This document shows, piece after piece, positions 58,666 to 64,000 of a DNA stretch of 64,000 nucleotides (position 1 is the stretch's first letter; every line of letters starts with the position of its first letter). The position numbers and the translations under genes were made by a program. The DNA is from a virus. Taxonomy: Duplodnaviria; Heunggongvirae; Uroviricota; Caudoviricetes. The notes under the pieces are model-generated. The model searched no databases, was not told where the DNA came from, and saw nothing but the letters and a program-made list of their open reading frames with translations. The stretch lies in the IMG/VR virus record IMGVR_UViG_3300026980_000004. One strand, given 5' to 3'.

Positions 58666-59370
58666 GTGGCAGAAAAGAAAGACATCGAAAAACTAATAGT
58701 TCAGAATAAAAAAAGCAATCTGAAAAACCATTGGAACGATGCATTTTTCTACAACACGACAAAGTACAGCGGAGAAATTAAGCCGAATGAACTTTTGATT
58801 TGGCGTTCATCGCATTTTTTACGTAGTGCATATCCTATATTCCATCTGACTTTTGACCAAAACAATAAACTTAATGGAATAAAAAAAGAGAAAAATCCTT
58901 ACCACAAACTACTGAATAAATTGACAATTGGATTTTTAATTGTGTTAATAACAGGTCTGTTCATAACAACTGAATTGAAAACCGCAATTATTGGAACAAT
59001 CGGAATCGCAGTAATTGGAACGTTATTGAGTTTGGTTTTAAGAAAATCTAAAAGATATGAAATCAAACTTTTGACTGACGAGCTGAAAGAGGCCATTGAA
59101 AATATTGAACAGTTGAATAATCCCGAACTGATTAATAAACCAAAATCAGAATCAGAATCAAAAACAGAAAAGGTTAAAGAATGGACTTTTACAAAAGTTT
59201 TGACAAGGCTTCTGCTATATCCTTTTTGCCTACTGATTTTATGGTTTTCAATTACTGGGTTTTTACCAGAAGGAAAAACATTATATGGACTATTTGGAAT
59301 AGTAGTCGCATTGGCATATCCAATAACTGACATACTGCTGATATTCGGAAAAAATAAAAACTACAGCTAA
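58666..59370 (+). CDS. cassette 14 gene: multi-TM membrane protein (GTG start)
   Basis: 234-aa ORF. Confidence 0.45.
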   Translation: MAEKKDIEKLIVQNKKSNLKNHWNDAFFYNTTKYSGEIKPNELLIWRSSHFLRSAYPIFHLTFDQNNKLNGIKKEKNPYHKLLNKLTIGFLIVLITGLFITTELKTAIIGTIGIAVIGTLLSLVLRKSKRYEIKLLTDELKEAIENIEQLNNPELINKPKSESESKTEKVKEWTFTKVLTRLLLYPFCLLILWFSITGFLPEGKTLYGLFGIVVALAYPITDILLIFGKNKNYS

Positions 59371-59546
59371 CAACGGCTATGAGTAATGCGGGCTTAGGTA
59401 CTGAATTCAAACTTTCTGCTTCTTTTTCCGCTCGCAATTTGTATATTTATTGAGAAAAATAATAAACATAAAAATGGCTCGCTATGGTCAGTGCTGAATT
59501 GAAACTAATAGATTTATTTGCCCCGCACTACACATAGCCTGAACCG
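59365..59546 (+). repeat. attC site 14 (182 nt)
   Basis: AGCTAAC is the rc of GTTAGCT. Confidence 0.65.
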
Positions 59547-59567
59547 TTGTACGCAATTTGAGAAACG

Positions 59568-60179
59568 ATGAGTAAAAAATCAATATTGATTTCTATATTA
59601 ATAATCGGAATTGGAATTTCTCTTTGGTATTTCGGATTTTTTAGTCGATATAATTATTTGACTGCCAAAACTGATATTGCAAAAAATAACCCTCAAATAG
59701 TTTATGTTGGAGAGTCAATGCTAACACCATCGGATTTAAACACTGTGAGTAAAAAGTATGGTTTTGAAATTATTGGTTTTGGTTGCACATTGAGCGCAGT
59801 AGAGCAAAACGGAATTGAAATTTATAATTCCCAAATGGACAACTATCTGGACAAACTAAATGGAATTGGATGGAAATCTGAATACAAAAAAGAGATTGAT
59901 TCTCTAATGAAACTGACTAATATTCCAAAAAGCGCATTTTGGATTGAAAAAAACGGAAATGGATTTTGGTATAATGTGGATTTTATGCACAGTCACAAGA
60001 ACAACGCAAGAATTTCAATTTTCGACAAATTTGGCGAACTAATTACGGATGGAAAATTTATTTTGGTATGTCCGACAGACGAAATTGAATTTATGGACGA
60101 TTTGGAAAAACAAATTGACTTTTATGACGGAGAGAATATTCAATTAAAAAGCAATTGTTACTTATTAAAAAGAAAATAA
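59568..60179 (+). CDS. cassette 15 gene: N-terminally anchored/secreted hypothetical protein
   Basis: 203-aa ORF. Confidence 0.45.
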   Translation: MSKKSILISILIIGIGISLWYFGFFSRYNYLTAKTDIAKNNPQIVYVGESMLTPSDLNTVSKKYGFEIIGFGCTLSAVEQNGIEIYNSQMDNYLDKLNGIGWKSEYKKEIDSLMKLTNIPKSAFWIEKNGNGFWYNVDFMHSHKNNARISIFDKFGELITDGKFILVCPTDEIEFMDDLEKQIDFYDGENIQLKSNCYLLKRK

Positions 60180-60184
60180 AAACT

Positions 60185-60314
60185 GCGTACAACAACGTGT
60201 AAGCGCAATAACGGCTGAATTTCCTAATCGGAAATTCAACTCGTTTTGCTAAATTAGGTGCGTCAGCGGAAAGTACTCGCGTACTTTCCCGTTACTGACG
60301 CTTACACAAAACCG
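60185..60314 (+). repeat. attC site 15
   Basis: GCGTACAAC is the rc of GTTGTACGC. Confidence 0.7.
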
Positions 60315-60434
60315 TTACCTGCAAGCTGAAAAAAGAGCCAACCGCACAAAACAAAGAGTGCCGAAAAAGGCACACATTGTTTTTTTGCCAACGCTCGGAA
60401 TAACATTAAATTTGAGAAAAAACATAAAATATAT

Positions 60435-63400
60435 ATGAGCTTATTTCAGAACTCTGTTCTAAACAAATATTTAAAAGGATTGGAGTCCGAAAAAGTTACG
60501 CAAGCATACGAGCGATTTACAAGTCATTTCCATAATCCAACCATTCAAGAAAACATTCGAAACTCGAAAGAGGAACAATATCAAGGTGAATTTCTAATTG
60601 ACCTTTTTGTGAATGTTTTGGGCTACACGAAAAATCCAACGCCTGAATTTAATCTGACCACTGAATTAAAAAACATAAAAGGCTCTAAAAAGACAGATGG
60701 AGCAATTCTAAAAGGTGACAAAGCACTTGCAGTAATTGAACTGAAAGGAACAAACACAACCGATTTAAGTAAAGTAGAAACCCAAGCATTTGGATATAAA
60801 AACAACCAGCCAGGTTGTAATTATGTAATTACTTCCAACTTTGAAAAATTGCGTTTTTACATAGACAACGCAGTTGATTTTGAGGAATTTAATCTTTTTC
60901 AGCTTTCAAAAGAACGTTTTGATATACTTTGGCTTTGTCTTTCATCCGATTATCTGTTAAAGGACATTCCGAAAAAGATTAAAGATGAATCCTTAACCCA
61001 AGAGGAAAACGTCACTAAAAAACTTTACAAAGATTACGCTTCATTTAGAAACGAGATTTTTGATGCCATTCAAAAAGAGAATCCTGAATATGACAAACTA
61101 ACTTTATTCAAGAAAACGCAGAAATTACTCGACCGTTTTCTATTTATCTTTTTTGCAGAAGATAGATTATTATTGCCACCAAACTCAATTCGTTCCATCG
61201 TAAACCAATGGACTGATTTACGAGATAAATATGACGAGTATTTTCCTTTGTACGACCGATTTAAGAAATATTTCGGTTATATGAACACAGGACACAAAGG
61301 ACAACAGCACGATATTTTCGCCTATAATGGTGGCCTCTTTGCACCTGACGAGATTTTGGACAACATCAAAATCAATGACGATTTACTTTACAAACACACA
61401 GTTAATTTAAGTAACTACGATTTTGAAAGTGAAGTAAGTGTAAATATACTTGGTCACATTTTTGAACACTCGTTAAACGACATTGACGAAATTCAAGCAG
61501 AGATTCAAGGAATAGAAACCGAACAGAACAAAACCAAGCGTAAAAAAGACGGTGTTTTTTACACGCCAAAATACATTACCAAATACATTGTAGATAATAC
61601 AGTTGGTAAACTTTGTGAGGAAAAGAAAATTGAATTTGACATACAAGAAGCTGAATACGAAAAAGAACGAAAGGGAAGACAAAAAGCGACCTTAAAAAAA
61701 CTAACTCAAAAGTTAGAAGATTACAGAAAGTGGTTATTACAGATTACCATTTGCGACCCAGCTTGTGGTAGTGGAGCTTTTCTAACTCAAGCATTGGAAT
61801 TTCTAATTTCAGAACATCAATACATTGACGAATTACAAGCTAAACTTTTTGGAGATGCAATGATATTAAGCGAAGTTGAAAATGCTATTTTGGAAAACAA
61901 TATTTATGGTGTTGATATTAATGAGGAAAGTGTTGACATTGCAAAACTATCATTGTGGTTAAGAACTGCACAAAAAGGCAGAAAATTAACCTCATTAAAC
62001 AACAATATAAAATGTGGCAACAGTTTAATTGACGACCCAACTTTTGCTGGAGAAAAAGCTTTTAATTGGCAAAATGAATTTCCAGAGGTATTTGCAAAAG
62101 GTGGTTTTGATATTATTATTGGAAATCCCCCTTATGTTCAGCATAGAAGATTAATGGAATATTCAAGTCACTTTAAAAACCATTTTTCAGTTTATACTGG
62201 CACATCTGATTTAAGTGTATATTTTTATGAACAGGCAATAAATATTTTAAAAGACAACGGATTTTTAGCTTACATTAATACAAATAAGTTTTTTAACACC
62301 GAATATGGCTTACCATTAAGAAACTACTTAACTAATTATCAAATCAATACAATAATCAATTTTGAACAAGTGTCAATTTTCAAAGACGCATTGGTTTCAA
62401 GTACAATAAACCTAATTCGAAAATCAAATCCATTAAGTATCGTAAATTATATAGAGTTCAATAAAGAAAAACTTGCAGATTTAGATTTTCAAAACGAGCT
62501 AATTACTCGAAAGAGAGAAATAACCAACAATTATTTAAAGAAAAACAGTTGGTTGTTTACTGACCCTAAAATTTCTTTAATCATTAAAAAGATAAAAGGT
62601 AAGGGTAAAGCATTAGGCGATATTGAGGATTTAGAAATTAAAAGAGGTATTACTACAGGCTATGATGATGCATTTTTGATAGAAAAATCGCATTTATTAA
62701 ACACTTCCTATCCTGAAATTTCAAAATCAATTTTGCGAGGAAAAGACATAAAAAGATATGAGCTATCAGAAAGTGGTTTAAGTTTACTATTTATACCTTG
62801 GCATTTCCCATTACACTTGGATGAATCTATAAGTGGTGCTAGTCAAGATGCAGAAGAATCTTTGAAAATAAAATATCCTCAACTTTACGAACATTTGCTA
62901 AAGCATAAGGATAGGTTATCTAACAGGAACAAGTCAGAAACTGGTAAGAGATATGAATGGTATGCTTTACAAAGGTGTGCAGCTTCATATTATGAACTTT
63001 TTGATAAACCTAAAATAGTTTGGGGTTTAATAACTGGTAATTGGGGATTTAGTTTAGACGAATCTGGAAATTTTCTAACTAGTTCGTCATTCTTTTTGAC
63101 TTCGAATAATATAAATCTTAAGTTTCTTTTAGGTTTGTTAAACTCAAAATTGTATAAATTTTATTTCAAGAATGTGGGTGAGCAAACTGCTGGCGGAGCT
63201 TATGTATTGAAAAAAACTTCGGTTGAAAAATTTATTTATCCATCTATAAAAGAAAATAATCTATTGCTTGAAAACATCAATCAAATGAGAATATTAAGCA
63301 ATAATTTGAATAAATATGAAGCAAATTTTTTAATGCTTGTAAAATCCAAGTTTGGTGATTTAAAATTAACAACAAAACTTCGTAGCTGGCACAATTTAGA

Positions 63401-63650
63401 CTTTAATCTATTTTTAAAAGATTTAGAAAAAGTACGAAAAAAATATGCTAAAGAAAATGAAACTGAATACAATAAGATTTCATTGAGTGAACAAGCGGAA
63501 TGGATGCAGTATTTTAATGAGCAGAAACAAAAAGCAGATGAATTAAAAAGAAAAATTGAAAAAACGGACAGAGAAATTGACCAAATGGTTTATGAATTGT
63601 TCGCATTGACAAAAGAGGAAATAAACATTGTGGAAGAAGCCACTGCATAA
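60435..63650 (+). CDS. Type IIG restriction-modification enzyme (fused PD-ExK endonuclease, gamma-class N6-adenine methyltransferase, target-recognition region)
   Basis: N-terminal D...ELK nuclease motif (TDGAILKGDKALAVIELKG). MTase motif I DPACGSGAFL. Motif IV GNPPY. 1071 aa. Confidence 0.75.
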   Translation: MSLFQNSVLNKYLKGLESEKVTQAYERFTSHFHNPTIQENIRNSKEEQYQGEFLIDLFVNVLGYTKNPTPEFNLTTELKNIKGSKKTDGAILKGDKALAVIELKGTNTTDLSKVETQAFGYKNNQPGCNYVITSNFEKLRFYIDNAVDFEEFNLFQLSKERFDILWLCLSSDYLLKDIPKKIKDESLTQEENVTKKLYKDYASFRNEIFDAIQKENPEYDKLTLFKKTQKLLDRFLFIFFAEDRLLLPPNSIRSIVNQWTDLRDKYDEYFPLYDRFKKYFGYMNTGHKGQQHDIFAYNGGLFAPDEILDNIKINDDLLYKHTVNLSNYDFESEVSVNILGHIFEHSLNDIDEIQAEIQGIETEQNKTKRKKDGVFYTPKYITKYIVDNTVGKLCEEKKIEFDIQEAEYEKERKGRQKATLKKLTQKLEDYRKWLLQITICDPACGSGAFLTQALEFLISEHQYIDELQAKLFGDAMILSEVENAILENNIYGVDINEESVDIAKLSLWLRTAQKGRKLTSLNNNIKCGNSLIDDPTFAGEKAFNWQNEFPEVFAKGGFDIIIGNPPYVQHRRLMEYSSHFKNHFSVYTGTSDLSVYFYEQAINILKDNGFLAYINTNKFFNTEYGLPLRNYLTNYQINTIINFEQVSIFKDALVSSTINLIRKSNPLSIVNYIEFNKEKLADLDFQNELITRKREITNNYLKKNSWLFTDPKISLIIKKIKGKGKALGDIEDLEIKRGITTGYDDAFLIEKSHLLNTSYPEISKSILRGKDIKRYELSESGLSLLFIPWHFPLHLDESISGASQDAEESLKIKYPQLYEHLLKHKDRLSNRNKSETGKRYEWYALQRCAASYYELFDKPKIVWGLITGNWGFSLDESGNFLTSSSFFLTSNNINLKFLLGLLNSKLYKFYFKNVGEQTAGGAYVLKKTSVEKFIYPSIKENNLLLENINQMRILSNNLNKYEANFLMLVKSKFGDLKLTTKLRSWHNLDFNLFLKDLEKVRKKYAKENETEYNKISLSEQAEWMQYFNEQKQKADELKRKIEKTDREIDQMVYELFALTKEEINIVEEATA

Positions 63651-63750
63651 GCCATACACATTTGAAATTCGCTCAAGCCAACGCTACGCCAAAAATTGCA
63701 AAAGAGTATGTCTTGCCAACGCTGAAAACCAAGCTGAACAGAAAAAAAGC

Positions 63751-63879
63751 CAGCTTACAACAACGTATATAAAAAATAGCGGTTTAGTCGCTTAATCAAA
63801 AGAAAATGAATAAATTAGAGGTCAGTTATAATCCGAAAAGTTAGTGCGTAAAATCCGCTACTTTTCATATACAAGACCG
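63751..63879 (+). repeat. attC site 16
   Basis: CAGCTTACAAC is approximately the rc of GTTACCTGCAAGCTG. ACGTATATAAAAAATAGCGG / CCGCTACTTTTCATATACAAGACCG|TT. Confidence 0.6.
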
Positions 63880-63892
63880 TTGTAAACAATTA

Positions 63893-64000
63893 TGAAAAAA
63901 ATCCTGACTTTAATTCTGATTTCAGTTTTTATAGGTAGTTGCAAGACTTCCGAAAGAAAACCAAAATCGAATGCGGACGAATTACAACAGCGGATTTTAG
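63893..64000 (+). CDS. start of a second copy of the cassette 13 lipoprotein gene (truncated by the window end)
   Basis: 63872-64000 is identical to 57986-58114. Confidence 0.5.

Larger units (their letters stand above)
50852..64000 (+). mobile_element. integron gene-cassette array, at least 17 cassettes, continuing past the window end
   Basis: Every intergenic element is an imperfect palindrome ending in CCG|TT. The 6-12 nt after each GTT are the reverse complement of the nt preceding AAC at the start of the next element, as expected for attC-bounded cassettes. GC content is heterogeneous. Confidence 0.75.

Noticed and set aside
53401-60314. Intergenic palindromes as REP/MITE-type repeats or plain terminators
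   Set aside because: They are too long and too variable for REPs. They also obey the cassette-boundary rule (tail after GTT complementary to the head before AAC of the next element), which REPs and terminators do not.
1-64000. Giant eukaryotic virus origin (AT-rich, many small ORFs)
   Set aside because: The capsid module is T4-type (HK97-fold gp23 with gp21 protease and gp22 scaffold) and the lipoprotein signals are bacterial, so this is a tailed bacteriophage. A host-chromosome junction at the far right cannot be completely excluded from this window alone.

Overview
AT-rich (about 25% GC) tailed-phage genome segment with densely packed small genes. It carries a T4-type head module: prohead protease gp21, acidic scaffold gp22 and HK97-fold major capsid protein gp23. 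Other phage-typical genes are a dNMP kinase, DHFR, a Clp-type double-AAA ATPase, a Thg1-like protein, a CCA-adding enzyme (5' partial), and free-standing homing-endonuclease-like genes. Three unusual layers sit on this backbone. (1) A compact type V-like CRISPR-Cas locus: a 463-aa TnpB/Cas12f-sized RuvC nuclease, two mini CRISPR arrays (36-bp repeat), and an 88-nt element copied verbatim downstream of both arrays, abutting the nuclease stop codon. I read this element as a tracrRNA/omega-RNA-like scaffold. (2) An IS607-family insertion (serine recombinase TnpA plus TnpB). (3) An integron platform: a tyrosine recombinase (intI-like), an attI ending in GTT, and an array of at least 17 gene cassettes running to the window end. 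The cassettes are bounded by 90-185-nt imperfect-palindrome attC sites whose ends obey the G|TT cassette-boundary complementarity rule. They include a Type IIG restriction-modification enzyme and a duplicated cassette. A degraded second copy of the intI 5' end plus attI at about 30.7-31.0 kb precedes a GC-richer island of small cassette-like genes. Also present are a 9-member paralog family sharing an N-terminal MNIIKIIKEE leader, a second shared leader (KLFExFDKLCGTKLL), a recurring KIKLSELKEIVKKVIKEE peptide and DNA repeat, and a candidate promoter motif TAGTATTTATA. All calls come from reading the sequence; no database searches were run.
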